From Bdellovibrionota bacterium (GTDB lineage Bacteria > Bdellovibrionota_G > JALEGL01 > DATDPG01): a stretch of 64,000 nucleotides of DNA. The notes under the pieces were generated by a model. It did not search any database. It saw only the letters and a program-made list of their open reading frames with translations, and was not told the origin of the DNA. The stretch lies in NCBI GenBank assembly GCA_963668355.1, contig OY764265.1, positions 2,112,001 to 2,176,000 on the forward strand, given 5' to 3'. The position numbers were made by a program, and so were the translations under genes. Within the stretch, counting starts at the first letter, position 1. Every line of letters begins with the position of its first letter. Positions 19,993 through 30,792 of this stretch are shown here, piece after piece.

Positions 19993-22125
19993 TCATTGAA
20001 AGTCGATGATGATGGGGGCGTTGGTCCCTTTTTTGATTCGAATGTTTTTGGTCACCGTCTTGAAATCGGGATGGCGAAATTCAATTTTATATTTTCCAAC
20101 GCGAAGTTGATGGTCGACCAGGGGCGTCTCTCCGGCTTTTCGACCATTGATGTATACCGTTGCCCAGGGTCGCGCTCCGAGACTGACGGTTCCATAAGCA
20201 ATTTTGATTTTTTTCAATTCGATGATTTCTTCGCGATCGTTTTCAAGAAACAGATCGTATTTTCGGGAATGGTATCCTGGGGCTTTCACTTCGAGCGTGT
20301 AGGTTTGATTCCCTTTTAGGTTTCGGATTTCTCCGTGTCCATGAGACACGCCGTTTAAGTAGACGCTTGCATTCGATGGCTTGATTCGTAAAGTCAATGT
20401 CACCAAATGAGGTTCAAGTTCGTATGCTTTTGAATCGGTTCGCGTTTTCAACGTCACGCGATCCTCTTTGGTTTGATATCCTTTCAAAACCAGCTTAAGC
20501 GTTTGCGCCTCACCCAAGGGAAGGTCGGATACGGTGGCCGGGGTTTTCATCTCTGTGTCTTTGCCATTGATGAAAATGCTTGCATTGGAAGGGGAGCTTT
20601 CAATGGTAAGTGCCCCTAAAACAGGTTGAGCTTCTGTAAGCGTGTAAGGACCAAAAACCGTCTTTTCGGAATGCGGAACAAATTCATCTAAAAAAGGTTC
20701 ATAGCCTTCTTTTTCGATTCGAAAGGCGACGCGTTTTCCTTCCAAGAGGGGAAGGGTCACGGGAGTTACGCCTTTGAGTTCTTCGTTGATGAAGAGTTCG
20801 GCTCCTTCAGGACGACTCACGACTTGAACGCTGATCAACTTGGATATGGGTTTCTTTGCTACAGGTTTTTTCGGAGGGGCCGAAAAAATGGAAATCATTT
20901 CCGAGACACCAAAAATCAAAAGGATGCCGGCCACAAAGGGAACGAGAAGTTTTCCCCACGTTAGCCACCAAGGAGAAGGCACGCGAGAATTTAGCTCATT
21001 CCACGCGCTCCTCAGTCGATTTTTTAATGGAGGGGATACATTTCCGGAGATCGCGCTTCTCAGAGACGGACTTCTTCCTGAAGAGGATTCAATCAGCCGG
21101 TCATTTGCAGCTTCCGCAGCGCTGGTTGCGGCGGCAATTTCATCTACAGGAAGGGCATCGATGGCCCTTCGTAGGGACTCTTGTTCTCGATCAATGTCCT
21201 CAGCAAAGAGTTCTTGTAAAAAATCGGAGAGTTGTTCGACCGAAAAATCTGGAAAGTTTGAATAAAAAACTTTCGTAAGGGCTGTATTCATTTCCTGAGC
21301 CGAAGAAAAACGATCTTCTCGGTCCTTAGCCAAGGCCTTTAGGACCACATGCTCCAGTTCTGGCGGGATGGCAGGGTTGTATTTCGATGGAGGCGGAAAC
21401 TTGCACTCTTTGATTTTTTCCAAGGTGTCGAAATCACTTTCTCCGAGGAAAAGTCGTCTTCCTGTGAGGATCTCATAAAAGATGATTCCGGTGGAGAATA
21501 AGTCCGTGCGTGCATCCAGTGCTAGGCCCGAGGCTTGTTCGGGCGACATATATCCAAATTTCCCCTTGAGAACTCCAGCTTGGGTTCTTCCCAATTTGGA
21601 TTCGGTTTTCGCAATTCCAAAGTCTACAATTTTTACATCTCCATGGTAGGAAACCATGATGTTTTGTGGAGAGATGTCGCGGTGAATGAGGTTGAGCGGC
21701 TTTCCCGTATTGGAGTCTGTCTTTCGGTGAGCGTAGCCCAGGCCCTTCAGAGCCTCTAGGATGACGTAGACCGCAAGGGCTACCGAAATAGGGTTTTTGG
21801 CTTCGTGACACCGTTTTAGAATGGCGCGAAGATCCTTTCCATCAATGTACTCCATGGCAATGAAGTAGTTGTCGGCAATCTTTCCTAAGTCTGTGACTTG
21901 GCAGATGTTTGCGTGGGTGAGTTCAACGGCAATCTTGGCTTCGTCGATGAACATTTCAACGAACTCTTCGTCTTTTGAAAGATGAGGAAGAATTCGTTTG
22001 ATGACCAGAAGTCTTTCAAAACCTCTGACACCAAAGGTTTTGGCCTTGAATACTTCCGCCATTCCACCGATGGCAATGCGATCCAGGAGGAAGTATTTTC
22101 CATATAATGTTGTTTTAAAGCTCAA
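19993..22125 (-). CDS. Transmembrane Hanks-type Ser/Thr kinase with PEGA repeats
   Basis: GGMAEVF, VIKR, HRDISPQN, DFG, YMSPEQ; a TM segment; repeated S.P.GA...ING..G.TP PEGA units. Confidence 0.92.
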   Translation of the reverse strand: MSFKTTLYGKYFLLDRIAIGGMAEVFKAKTFGVRGFERLLVIKRILPHLSKDEEFVEMFIDEAKIAVELTHANICQVTDLGKIADNYFIAMEYIDGKDLRAILKRCHEAKNPISVALAVYVILEALKGLGYAHRKTDSNTGKPLNLIHRDISPQNIMVSYHGDVKIVDFGIAKTESKLGRTQAGVLKGKFGYMSPEQASGLALDARTDLFSTGIIFYEILTGRRLFLGESDFDTLEKIKECKFPPPSKYNPAIPPELEHVVLKALAKDREDRFSSAQEMNTALTKVFYSNFPDFSVEQLSDFLQELFAEDIDREQESLRRAIDALPVDEIAAATSAAEAANDRLIESSSGRSPSLRSAISGNVSPPLKNRLRSAWNELNSRVPSPWWLTWGKLLVPFVAGILLIFGVSEMISIFSAPPKKPVAKKPISKLISVQVVSRPEGAELFINEELKGVTPVTLPLLEGKRVAFRIEKEGYEPFLDEFVPHSEKTVFGPYTLTEAQPVLGALTIESSPSNASIFINGKDTEMKTPATVSDLPLGEAQTLKLVLKGYQTKEDRVTLKTRTDSKAYELEPHLVTLTLRIKPSNASVYLNGVSHGHGEIRNLKGNQTYTLEVKAPGYHSRKYDLFLENDREEIIELKKIKIAYGTVSLGARPWATVYINGRKAGETPLVDHQLRVGKYKIEFRHPDFKTVTKNIRIKKGTNAPIIIDFQ

Positions 22126-22205
22126 AGTTTTTCCGAGGGCGGTGTTTCTGATTTTTAAATGTCAAAAAACCAGCTAACCTATTTAAAATCATAAAGAAAT
22201 CACTT

Positions 22206-23969
22206 ATGAGCGTCAACGAGAGCCAACGCATTTCATGGATTGCCATTTTACTGAGTCTGGCGACTTGGTGGATGACGCTGACGTTTGATTTCGTTTGGGA
22301 TGACTTTCCCACCCTTGTGACCAATGGCTCAGTTCATCATTGGTCCACGCTTTGGAAGGGATTCACCTTAGATTATTGGGGGCATCATGCCATTCCGGAA
22401 ATCAGTGGGTATTGGCGTCCTTTGCCAACGGCTGTTTACGTCCTTTTGGTGAAGGGCTTTGGCGTGGTTCCGTGGGTTTTTCATGCCCTCAACCTTCTTT
22501 TGCATTTGGGTGTCGTGGTTTTGGGTGTGCGTCTTCTTTCTTCATTGAATCTTCGGGGAACCGCTTTATTGGTGGCCACCATCTTCTTTGCATTGCACCC
22601 ACTTCACTCCGAAACCGTCAGTTTTGTCTCGGCCCTACCTGATTTGTTGGCGGCTTTTTGGGGGCTTCTGGCGTTGCGTTTGATTCGTCGGCCCATATGG
22701 AGTTTGTTGGCTCTGGGATTGGCGTTGCTTTCCAAGGAATCTGGGCTTGTGTTTGTTGTGCTTTGGTTGATTTGGGTGCATCGAGTGGATCGTGCGGCCG
22801 TTTCAAAGACCACCCGTATGTGGGGAAGTGTTTTGGTGGGGGTGTTGGTGTCTGTCTATATGGGTGCTCACCTCCTGGTGACCGATGGAATTGCCGCACG
22901 TTCTTTGTGGGGCGGGCGTTTGGATACGCATCTGGGAACGGTATTGATGTTGATTCCCTACGTGATGTGGAGAAGTCTGATTCCCTTGGGAACGGGGCCC
23001 ATTCAACCTTTTCCCGTTTCAGAAGGTTGGGGAGACATCCGGGTTTGGCTGGCCCTCTTGAGTTTGTGTGTGGTGCTTCTATGGGTTTGGAGAAGCTTGA
23101 AAGAAAATCGTACCTGGCCGTTGAAAGGGGTAGGGCTGTTTTTGTTATTTTGGGCTCCCTCCGCAAATTTGATTCCTTCCGAAGGGTTGTTGGCTGATCG
23201 CTATCTGTACCTCCCGATTTTGGGGACGGCTGTTTTGGTTGGGGTCTGTGTGCAAGCCTTCTTAACGCGTGTGAAGAATCCCAAATGGGCGTTGAGCTTC
23301 TTTGTTTTTGGCGCGCTATTGTGGGGCGCTTGGGCCGTTTGGGCTGCTTTTCCTTGGAGAAATGAACGAAGCCTTTGGGTTTCTGCAGTTGAAACGGCTC
23401 CTGAGTCCTCCGTGGCCTGGAATCATTTGGGCTCGGTGTATTTAAACAATGAAGAGTGGAACCCCGCGAGAGAAGCTTTTCAAAAAGCGCTGTCTTGGAA
23501 TCCGGATTTGTCGGATGCCGAGTTTAATCTCATTGTGCTGGGATCTCGGGAGGGGAAGGTTCAGAAGGCGCTGAATCGCTGTCGAGCGTATGTGGATCGT
23601 CATCCGGGAGATCCGAAAGGGTGGGATTTACTGGGGACTCTTGCGGCCACGACACGAACGTGGACACTTGCATTGGAGGCCGGAGAAATGGCCACAACGC
23701 TATCTCCCGAAAATTGGAAATACGCCTTTAACTTTGGATTGTCTCTTTTGGAAGCGGAGCGTTTTGAGTCCGCGGCGGTTCAATTGAGACGAGCCCGAAA
23801 TTTAAATCCAAGTGAGCCGAGAGTTTGGTTGAAGTTGGGGGCTGCGTATTTTTTGGCGGGAGCTTGGGATTCGGCGGCCAAAGTTTATGAAGAGGTTCTG
23901 GCGAGATGGCCTCATCAATCGTTGGCGAAAGATCGACTTGATCGAATTTGGAAAATCCAGGCATTATGA
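22206..23969 (+). CDS. TMTC-like GT-C membrane glycosyltransferase with C-terminal TPRs (copy 1)
   Basis: FVWDD, YWRPL, FHALNLLLH, FALHPLHSETV, LSKES, ADRYLYLP, WRNE, then TPRs. Confidence 0.8.
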   Translation: MSVNESQRISWIAILLSLATWWMTLTFDFVWDDFPTLVTNGSVHHWSTLWKGFTLDYWGHHAIPEISGYWRPLPTAVYVLLVKGFGVVPWVFHALNLLLHLGVVVLGVRLLSSLNLRGTALLVATIFFALHPLHSETVSFVSALPDLLAAFWGLLALRLIRRPIWSLLALGLALLSKESGLVFVVLWLIWVHRVDRAAVSKTTRMWGSVLVGVLVSVYMGAHLLVTDGIAARSLWGGRLDTHLGTVLMLIPYVMWRSLIPLGTGPIQPFPVSEGWGDIRVWLALLSLCVVLLWVWRSLKENRTWPLKGVGLFLLFWAPSANLIPSEGLLADRYLYLPILGTAVLVGVCVQAFLTRVKNPKWALSFFVFGALLWGAWAVWAAFPWRNERSLWVSAVETAPESSVAWNHLGSVYLNNEEWNPAREAFQKALSWNPDLSDAEFNLIVLGSREGKVQKALNRCRAYVDRHPGDPKGWDLLGTLAATTRTWTLALEAGEMATTLSPENWKYAFNFGLSLLEAERFESAAVQLRRARNLNPSEPRVWLKLGAAYFLAGAWDSAAKVYEEVLARWPHQSLAKDRLDRIWKIQAL

Positions 23970-23978
23970 CGAGAGAAA

Positions 23979-24941
23979 ATGGCAATTTGGTTTGATTTAA
24001 AAAAGTTGGGAAAGACGTGTTCCGACTCCGTTGTCACCATTGGAAACTTTGATGGTGTGCACCGGGGTCATCAACAATTGATTCAAGAGGTTGTTGGAAG
24101 AGCCCGATCCAAACAGACTCGATCTGTTGCCATCACGTTTGATCCTCACCCGGCGGCTGTTTTGGGGCGTACGCCTCCGCCTTTGTTGATGCTTCCCGAG
24201 GACCGTGTGGCTCGTTTGACCGAGTTGGGCATTGATGACTGTGTCATCCTCTCCTTCACAAAAGAATTGGCTCATATGGAAGCGGAAGCGTTTGTTAAAC
24301 AGGAGTTGATCGATCAATTGGGGATGAAATCTCTCTTCATTGGTCCCAGCACGCATATCGGACGAAATCGGGAGGGGACGCCTGAGCGCCTGGTTTCCTT
24401 GGTCGAGAAATATGGATTTGAATTGAAAGTCATTGCCCCGATGTCCGAAGGTGAGTCCATGGTCAGCAGCTCGCGCATTCGAAGAGACTTAGTGGAAGGG
24501 AATGTGGATTCGGCCTTGGAGCAGTTGGGCCGTCCCTTTGAAACTCGCGGACAAGTTGTTTCCGGAGAGGCTCTCGGACGCCAGATGGGAACCCCAACCG
24601 CCAACTTGGGGCCCGTGCCCACTCTCCTTCCAGGAAAGGGTGTGTACGCAACGTATATGCGGGTGGGGCAGGGGCTCTTCCCTTCCGTGACAAATGTTGG
24701 AAATCGGCCCACAATAGGAGAACATTTGCCCCTGACGGTTGAAACCCATGTGTTGGATTTTACGGGAGAGCTTTTGGCAAAAGAGGTGACTCTCCTCTGG
24801 ATCAAGCGGATTCGAAGTGAGAAGAAGTTTGCGTCCAAAGAAGAGTTGGTGGCTCAGATCCAAAAGGATGTTGAGGTCACGCGAGCCGAGCTTCAGCGAT
24901 GGGGTGGAAAAGAGGGGAACAAGAGTAAGCACCCCAAGTGA
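23979..24941 (+). CDS. ribF: Riboflavin kinase / FAD synthetase
   Basis: IGNFDGVHRGH, VSSSRIR, PTANL, NVGNRPT, ETH. Confidence 0.96.
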   Translation: MAIWFDLKKLGKTCSDSVVTIGNFDGVHRGHQQLIQEVVGRARSKQTRSVAITFDPHPAAVLGRTPPPLLMLPEDRVARLTELGIDDCVILSFTKELAHMEAEAFVKQELIDQLGMKSLFIGPSTHIGRNREGTPERLVSLVEKYGFELKVIAPMSEGESMVSSSRIRRDLVEGNVDSALEQLGRPFETRGQVVSGEALGRQMGTPTANLGPVPTLLPGKGVYATYMRVGQGLFPSVTNVGNRPTIGEHLPLTVETHVLDFTGELLAKEVTLLWIKRIRSEKKFASKEELVAQIQKDVEVTRAELQRWGGKEGNKSKHPK

Positions 24942-24982
24942 GTAAATGGATAAATGACTGAAATTGTTAACACAAAGCACAT

Positions 24983-24997
24983 TGACAAAAATTGTCA
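24983..24997. promoter_or_regulatory. TGACA-N5-TGTCA palindrome upstream of pilB
   Basis: TGACAAAAATTGTCA; degenerate copy TGACTGAAATTGTTA at 24955-24969; same motif upstream of pilA. Confidence 0.6.
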
Positions 24998-25059
24998 GTT
25001 TGTTAAATTCAGAGATCGTCGATCTCTTAACCCATTAATTTCGTAGGAGAAATGTATCG

Positions 25060-26757
25060 ATGTCGAGCCGACTTGGTGAGCTTCTAATTCGAGAGAACCT
25101 CATTTCCAGCCAACAGCTTCAAAAGGCCCAGGAAGAACAGCGTAGAGGGGGCGGACGTCTCGGGTATAACCTGACCAAGCTGGGTTATATTAAGGAGGCC
25201 GATCTCACGGGCTTTCTTTCGAAGCAATACGGCGTTCCCTCCATTAACCTGAGTGAGTTTGAAATCGAGCAGGATGTCATCAACCTGGTCCCCCGAGATG
25301 TGGCGGAAAAACACCAGGTCATTCCGGTCAACAAGTCCGGAGCCAATCTCATCATCGCTATGGCAGATCCTTCCAATATTTACGCCATCGATGATTTGAA
25401 ATTTCTGACCGGATACAACATCGAAGTCGTGGTGGCCGCAGATGTCGCGATCAAAGAATCCATCGAACGGTACTACGATCAAGGAGAAGGTTTCGAGGAT
25501 GTTCTGGCGGACTTCGATGATGAAGGCATCGAATACATTGGAGATGATGAGGATGTTGACATCAGCGACTTGTCCAAATCTGCAGAGGAAGCTCCCGTTG
25601 TAAAACTCTGCAACCTCATTCTTACCGATGCCATTAAGAAAACCGCTTCCGATATTCACATCGAACCCTATGAAAAGAGTTTTCGTGTCCGATTTCGCAT
25701 TGACGGCGTGTTGTATGAGGTGATGAAGCCCCCTCTGAAACTCAAGAATGCCATTACTTCTCGTTTGAAGATCATGAGTCAGCTTGACATTGCCGAACGA
25801 AGGTTGCCTCAGGACGGACGTATTAAGCTCAAACTTGGAAGAGGAAAGGAAATGGATTTTCGTGTGTCGGTTTTGCCGACACTCTTTGGCGAAAAAGTGG
25901 TTCTCCGATTGTTGGATAAATCGAACTTGCAATTGGACATGACGAAATTGGGTTTCGAGGAAAGAGCCTTGGAAGATTTTCAAAGCGCCATTCACAAACC
26001 CTTTGGCATGGTTTTGGTCACGGGGCCCACGGGATCGGGAAAAACGACCACTCTGTATTCCGCTCTTTCCGAATTGAATAAGGTCTCGGAAAACATCTCG
26101 ACTGCGGAGGATCCAGTAGAATTTAACTTACCCGGCATTAACCAGGTTCAAATGCATGACGATATTGGTTTGAACTTCGCAGCGGCTCTGCGGTCGTTCT
26201 TGCGGCAAGATCCTGACATCATCATGGTCGGAGAGATTCGTGACTTCGAGACGGCCGAGATTGGTGTTAAGGCCGCGCTCACCGGTCATATGGTTCTTTC
26301 CACCCTTCATACCAACGATGCGCCTTCTACGGTTAACCGCTTGCTCAATATGGGAATTGAACCGTTCTTGGTGGCCTCTTCTGTGAACTGCATTTTGGCT
26401 CAACGTTTGGCGCGAAAGATTTGCGGGGAATGTAAGGAGGAAATCAAGGTGGCGCCACAGACATTGATTGATGCCGGGATGCCTCCAGATGTTTCGAATA
26501 AAGTCACGCTCTTTCAAGGGAAGGGCTGTTCGAATTGCAGCGATACCGGGTACAAAGGACGTATCGCCATTTACGAGGTCATGCCCATTGGGGAAGAGTT
26601 GAAAGAGTTCATTTTGAACGGTGCTTCCACGGCTGAAATCAAACGTGAAGCCATGCGTTTGGGCATGAAGTCCATGCGTTTGTCGGCATTAACCAAATTA
26701 GAAGAGGGCGTAACGACCTTGGAAGAAGTGTTGCGTGTCTCTGTATCCGACGGGTAA
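25060..26757 (+). CDS. pilB: Type IV pilus assembly ATPase PilB
   Basis: MshEN-like RLGELL, ASDIHIEP, GPTGSGKT, LRQDPD, CxxC...CxxC. Confidence 0.97.
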   Translation: MSSRLGELLIRENLISSQQLQKAQEEQRRGGGRLGYNLTKLGYIKEADLTGFLSKQYGVPSINLSEFEIEQDVINLVPRDVAEKHQVIPVNKSGANLIIAMADPSNIYAIDDLKFLTGYNIEVVVAADVAIKESIERYYDQGEGFEDVLADFDDEGIEYIGDDEDVDISDLSKSAEEAPVVKLCNLILTDAIKKTASDIHIEPYEKSFRVRFRIDGVLYEVMKPPLKLKNAITSRLKIMSQLDIAERRLPQDGRIKLKLGRGKEMDFRVSVLPTLFGEKVVLRLLDKSNLQLDMTKLGFEERALEDFQSAIHKPFGMVLVTGPTGSGKTTTLYSALSELNKVSENISTAEDPVEFNLPGINQVQMHDDIGLNFAAALRSFLRQDPDIIMVGEIRDFETAEIGVKAALTGHMVLSTLHTNDAPSTVNRLLNMGIEPFLVASSVNCILAQRLARKICGECKEEIKVAPQTLIDAGMPPDVSNKVTLFQGKGCSNCSDTGYKGRIAIYEVMPIGEELKEFILNGASTAEIKREAMRLGMKSMRLSALTKLEEGVTTLEEVLRVSVSDG

Positions 26758-26766
26758 AGTTAGCCT

Positions 26767-27870
26767 ATGCTTAATCTCCATCAGCTACTTAAAACGATGG
26801 TTGAGAAGGGGGCCAGTGACCTTCACATCACCACCGGAACATCTCCCCAATTGCGCATTGACGGAAAGCTGACGCCGCTCAAAACGCCCCCCATGACGCC
26901 ACAAGAGACCAAACAGGTATGCTATTCGGTCTTGACGGATGCCCAAAAACATAAGTTTGAAGAAGCCAATGAATTGGATTTGTCCTTCGGTGTAAAAGGC
27001 TTGTCTCGGTTTCGCGCGAATGTGTACATGCAACGTGGGGCGGTAGCGGGTGCGTTTCGAGTCATTCCGCATAAAATCATGACGTTTCAAGAATTGGGTT
27101 TGCCCCCGGCGGTTACGGATTTGACCAAGAAGCCAAGGGGATTGGTTTTGGTCACGGGGCCCACGGGCTCCGGAAAATCCACGACGTTGGCGTCCATGAT
27201 TGACGCCATCAATACCGAACGTCGGGAACACATCATGACGATTGAAGACCCGATTGAATACCTGCATCCACACAAAGGATGTGTGGTCAACCAACGCGAG
27301 GTTCGAACCGATACAGAATCTTTTACGATCGCATTGAAATATGTCCTGCGCCAAGATCCGGATGTCGTTCTGGTGGGAGAAATGCGCGACCTGGAAACCA
27401 TTGAGGCCGCATTGACGATTGCTGAAACGGGGCACTTGGCTTTGGCCACACTTCATACAAACTCTTGCGTTCAAACGATCAACCGAATTGTGGATGTCTT
27501 TCCGTCTTATCAACAGCCCCAAGTAAGGGCTCAGTTGTCTTTTGTTTTGGAAGGAATCATCTCCCAGACGCTCATTCCTCGTGCGAGTGGGAGGGGGCGG
27601 GCATTGGCCATTGAAGTCATGATTCCCAATGCTGCGATACGAAACTTGGTTCGAGAAGATAAGGTTCATCAAATTTATTCTCAAATGCAGGTGGGACAAA
27701 CGAAATATGGAATGCAGACGATGAACCAATCCTTATTCAGTTTGTTTTCCCGAAGAATCATCACCATGGAAGACGCCATTGCGCGTTCCAGTGATCCAGA
27801 TGAAATTCGACAAATGATTGCCAATGGAGGAGTTGCCATGCCTGGACAAGCAGCTCCGAAAAAATCCTAG
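26767..27870 (+). CDS. pilT: Type IV pilus retraction ATPase PilT
   Basis: GASDLH, GPTGSGKST, AETGH, AIRNLVRE. Confidence 0.97.
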   Translation: MLNLHQLLKTMVEKGASDLHITTGTSPQLRIDGKLTPLKTPPMTPQETKQVCYSVLTDAQKHKFEEANELDLSFGVKGLSRFRANVYMQRGAVAGAFRVIPHKIMTFQELGLPPAVTDLTKKPRGLVLVTGPTGSGKSTTLASMIDAINTERREHIMTIEDPIEYLHPHKGCVVNQREVRTDTESFTIALKYVLRQDPDVVLVGEMRDLETIEAALTIAETGHLALATLHTNSCVQTINRIVDVFPSYQQPQVRAQLSFVLEGIISQTLIPRASGRGRALAIEVMIPNAAIRNLVREDKVHQIYSQMQVGQTKYGMQTMNQSLFSLFSRRIITMEDAIARSSDPDEIRQMIANGGVAMPGQAAPKKS

Positions 27871-27883
27871 GGGAGGATGAGGA

Positions 27884-29101
27884 ATGCCGGTCTATAAATG
27901 GGAAGGTGTCACCCGACAAGGTGTTGCAAAAAAGGGTGAGCGAGAAGCTCCGAATCAAGCAGCGGTCATCACCTGGCTTCGACAGCAACAGGTTCGTCCT
28001 CGACGGATTGTTGAAAAGAAAAAAGGGGCTCAAATTGGTATGCCGGGCTTTCTTTCCAAGGGTGTCGCCTCAAAAGACATCGTTGTATTTGCGCGGCAAT
28101 TTGCCACGATGATTGATGCCGGACTCCCCCTGGTTCAATGCTTGGAGATTTTGTCGAGTCAGCAAGAATCCAAAGTCTTCAAAGCCATTTTGATCAGTGT
28201 AAAAAACGATGTGGAGGGCGGCTCCACGTTTGCCGAGGCTTTACGTAAACATCCCAAAGCATTTGATGATCTTTTTGTGAACTTGGTGGCGGCCGGTGAG
28301 GTCGGAGGTATTCTGGATACCATTTTTCTGAGGTTGGCGAATTACCTGGAAAAATCCATGAAACTCAAGAAAAAGGTCAAAGGCGCCATGGTGTATCCAG
28401 TGACCATTCTCATTGTGGCGGCCGTCGTTGTTGCTGTTCTTCTCTTGTGGGTTATTCCCGTTTTCGAAAACATGTTTCGCGAGTTTGGAAATGCGGAGCT
28501 GCCCGCACCGACCCAGATTGTCATCAAGATTTCAAGGTCCTTTAAAACCTTTTTTCCGGTGTTTGTGATTAGCATTATTCTGCTTGTTTTCGCTTTTAAG
28601 CGCACCTATCGCAACAAAAAAGGACGTTTGTTGATTGATACAACGGTTCTCAAACTCCCCTTATTTGGTCCCTTGCTTCGAAAAGTTGCTGTGGCTCGTT
28701 TTTCTCGAACGATGGCGACCATGTTGAGTAGCGGTGTTCCAATTTTGGACGGTTTGGAAATTGTTGCCAAGGCGGCCGGAAACCGTGTGGTGGAAAATGC
28801 CATTATGGAAACACGAAACTCCATCAGTGAAGGAAAAACCATGGCGGAACCTTTGGAGGAAAGTGGCGTGTTTCCCTCCATGGTCTGTCAGATGATCAGC
28901 GTGGGAGAAGCCACCGGTGCCATGGATGCCATGTTGAACAAGATTGCAGACTTTTATGATGATGAGGTCGACGCAGCGGTGGATGCATTAACATCCATGA
29001 TGGAACCGATGATGATGGTCTTTTTGGGTGTAATCATTGGTGGTTTGGTCATTGCCATGTATCTGCCCGTCTTCAAATTGGCGGGAACTGTTGGTGGCTG
29101 A
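27884..29101 (+). CDS. pilC: Type IV pilus platform protein PilC
   Basis: FARQFATMIDAGLPL, AGEVGG, GEATG, AMYLPVF. Confidence 0.96.
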   Translation: MPVYKWEGVTRQGVAKKGEREAPNQAAVITWLRQQQVRPRRIVEKKKGAQIGMPGFLSKGVASKDIVVFARQFATMIDAGLPLVQCLEILSSQQESKVFKAILISVKNDVEGGSTFAEALRKHPKAFDDLFVNLVAAGEVGGILDTIFLRLANYLEKSMKLKKKVKGAMVYPVTILIVAAVVVAVLLLWVIPVFENMFREFGNAELPAPTQIVIKISRSFKTFFPVFVISIILLVFAFKRTYRNKKGRLLIDTTVLKLPLFGPLLRKVAVARFSRTMATMLSSGVPILDGLEIVAKAAGNRVVENAIMETRNSISEGKTMAEPLEESGVFPSMVCQMISVGEATGAMDAMLNKIADFYDDEVDAAVDALTSMMEPMMMVFLGVIIGGLVIAMYLPVFKLAGTVGG

Positions 29102-30788
29102 TCAAGACCGGCATCAAAGACAAAAAAATCTTCATGAACGCTTGAAGTGGCTCATCGCATGTCGTTTGGCCATTGCTGCGGCATTTGTCATTGCGACGCT
29201 GGTTCTTCGCCCAGGAGAGGAAGCCACCGAAGGGTTCTCTTTTTTCGTTTTTCTTCTCATTACGGTCACCCACTTGGTGGTAGCCATCCTTTTTGGCTTA
29301 GGCTGGGAGTGGACGCCCCTAAAGTGGGTAAAGGTAGCTGCCCACTCACAAATTGTCTGGGATATTGTGTTTACGACCGCACTCATCTATGTGACCGGAG
29401 GCGTGGATAGCCGGTTCACCTTTCTTTATTGGTTAACCATTTTCAATGCTTCCGTCTTGTTTTTCAAAAAAGGAGCCTACACAGGAGCCTTTTTGAGCAG
29501 CTTATTTTATGGGGCTTTGATTGATTTCGAATTTCTGGGATGGATTCCCATGCAATTGGGTCCCTTGGGGGATTCCAATTCGTGGAGTGAACAAAAGGTG
29601 ATGGCGTCGATCTTCATGCACACCTGCGGCTTTTTCATCATTGCCTATTTTTCCAGCTATCTCTCCACGCGAGCCCGAGAAGTAGAGTCTCAGCTCAGTG
29701 CGAAGAGTGCGGATCTTGAGGATTTGGAAGTTCTCATGCGGAGAATTGTGGAAAGTCTAACCAGCGGATTGGCGACGTTAGATCCAAAAGGAAAAATAAA
29801 GTTTTGGAGTCAATCTGCGGAACAGATTTCAGGGTTAGGAGAGGTTGACGTTCGAGGAAAAAAATTCTCAGTCATTTTTCCGGGTGCCGAAGAGGCGATT
29901 GCACAGGGAGCAAATGGGGTGGTTCACGATCATCGTTCGTGGCGTTGGGAGGCGCCTTTTCAAACCAAAGATCATCGAAAATTGACTTTGGGTTTCTCCA
30001 TATCTCCTTTGCACAAAGCAAAAGGCGGAGAAAATGAATCGCTTGTGATTTTTCAGGACCTGACCGAGTACCGCGCGATGGAAGATAAGATCAAACGCCA
30101 AGATCGCTTGGCCGCAGTGGGAGAGCTGGCCGCTCGCATGGCGCATGAAATTCGAAATCCACTGACTTCCATGGCAGGTTCCATTGAAGTCCTAAAAAAT
30201 CAACTGAATTTGGAGAATCAAGACCGCAAGTTGATGGAAATCGTGGTTCGAGAAACCGATCGGCTCAATTTTTTATTAACGGACTTCTTGCGTTTTGCGC
30301 GTCCCACAGCCCCTCAGTGGGAGGATATAGATTTGTCCAATGCAATTCGCGAGACGATTGAGTTGTTTTCAAAGAGCCCCGGAAGAAACAGCGCCATTGA
30401 GTTCGATGTGGAGTTGGAGGAGGGCATCCTGATTCGAGGAGATGCAAAACAGATTTCACAAATGTTTTGGAATCTCTTGAAAAATGCTTCCGAAGCCATG
30501 CCGAAGGCAGGTGTGGTGAAATTTTCAGCCGTGTTGGAGGAAGCGGGTCGTTCGGTCCTTGTGCGCATCCAGGATGAAGGTGGCGGCATTCCATCTGAGA
30601 TTGAGGAACAAATTTTTCAACCCTTTTTCACCACAAAGGTGAGGGGAACGGGGCTAGGATTGGCGACGGTCAGGAGGGTCATTGAAGACCATGGAGGTTC
30701 CATTCAGTTGGATCGAAATGTATCCAAGGGAACGTGTTTTGTGGTGAGTTTCCCCTTAGTGGAAAAAGTAATGGAAGTAGGAGCTTGA
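29094..30788 (+). CDS. pilS: Sensor histidine kinase PilS
   Basis: Multi-TM N-terminus, PAS-like region, AHEIRNPL, DEGGG, GTGLGL; between pilC and pilR; start approximate. Confidence 0.9.
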   Translation: MADQDRHQRQKNLHERLKWLIACRLAIAAAFVIATLVLRPGEEATEGFSFFVFLLITVTHLVVAILFGLGWEWTPLKWVKVAAHSQIVWDIVFTTALIYVTGGVDSRFTFLYWLTIFNASVLFFKKGAYTGAFLSSLFYGALIDFEFLGWIPMQLGPLGDSNSWSEQKVMASIFMHTCGFFIIAYFSSYLSTRAREVESQLSAKSADLEDLEVLMRRIVESLTSGLATLDPKGKIKFWSQSAEQISGLGEVDVRGKKFSVIFPGAEEAIAQGANGVVHDHRSWRWEAPFQTKDHRKLTLGFSISPLHKAKGGENESLVIFQDLTEYRAMEDKIKRQDRLAAVGELAARMAHEIRNPLTSMAGSIEVLKNQLNLENQDRKLMEIVVRETDRLNFLLTDFLRFARPTAPQWEDIDLSNAIRETIELFSKSPGRNSAIEFDVELEEGILIRGDAKQISQMFWNLLKNASEAMPKAGVVKFSAVLEEAGRSVLVRIQDEGGGIPSEIEEQIFQPFFTTKVRGTGLGLATVRRVIEDHGGSIQLDRNVSKGTCFVVSFPLVEKVMEVGA

Positions 30789-30792
30789 GACG

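Noticed and set aside
25084..27729. Long antisense ORFs (303 and 314 aa) opposite pilB and pilT; similar ones opposite tig, sucD and 63183-63983
   Set aside because: Shadow frames of conserved genes with no recognisable motifs
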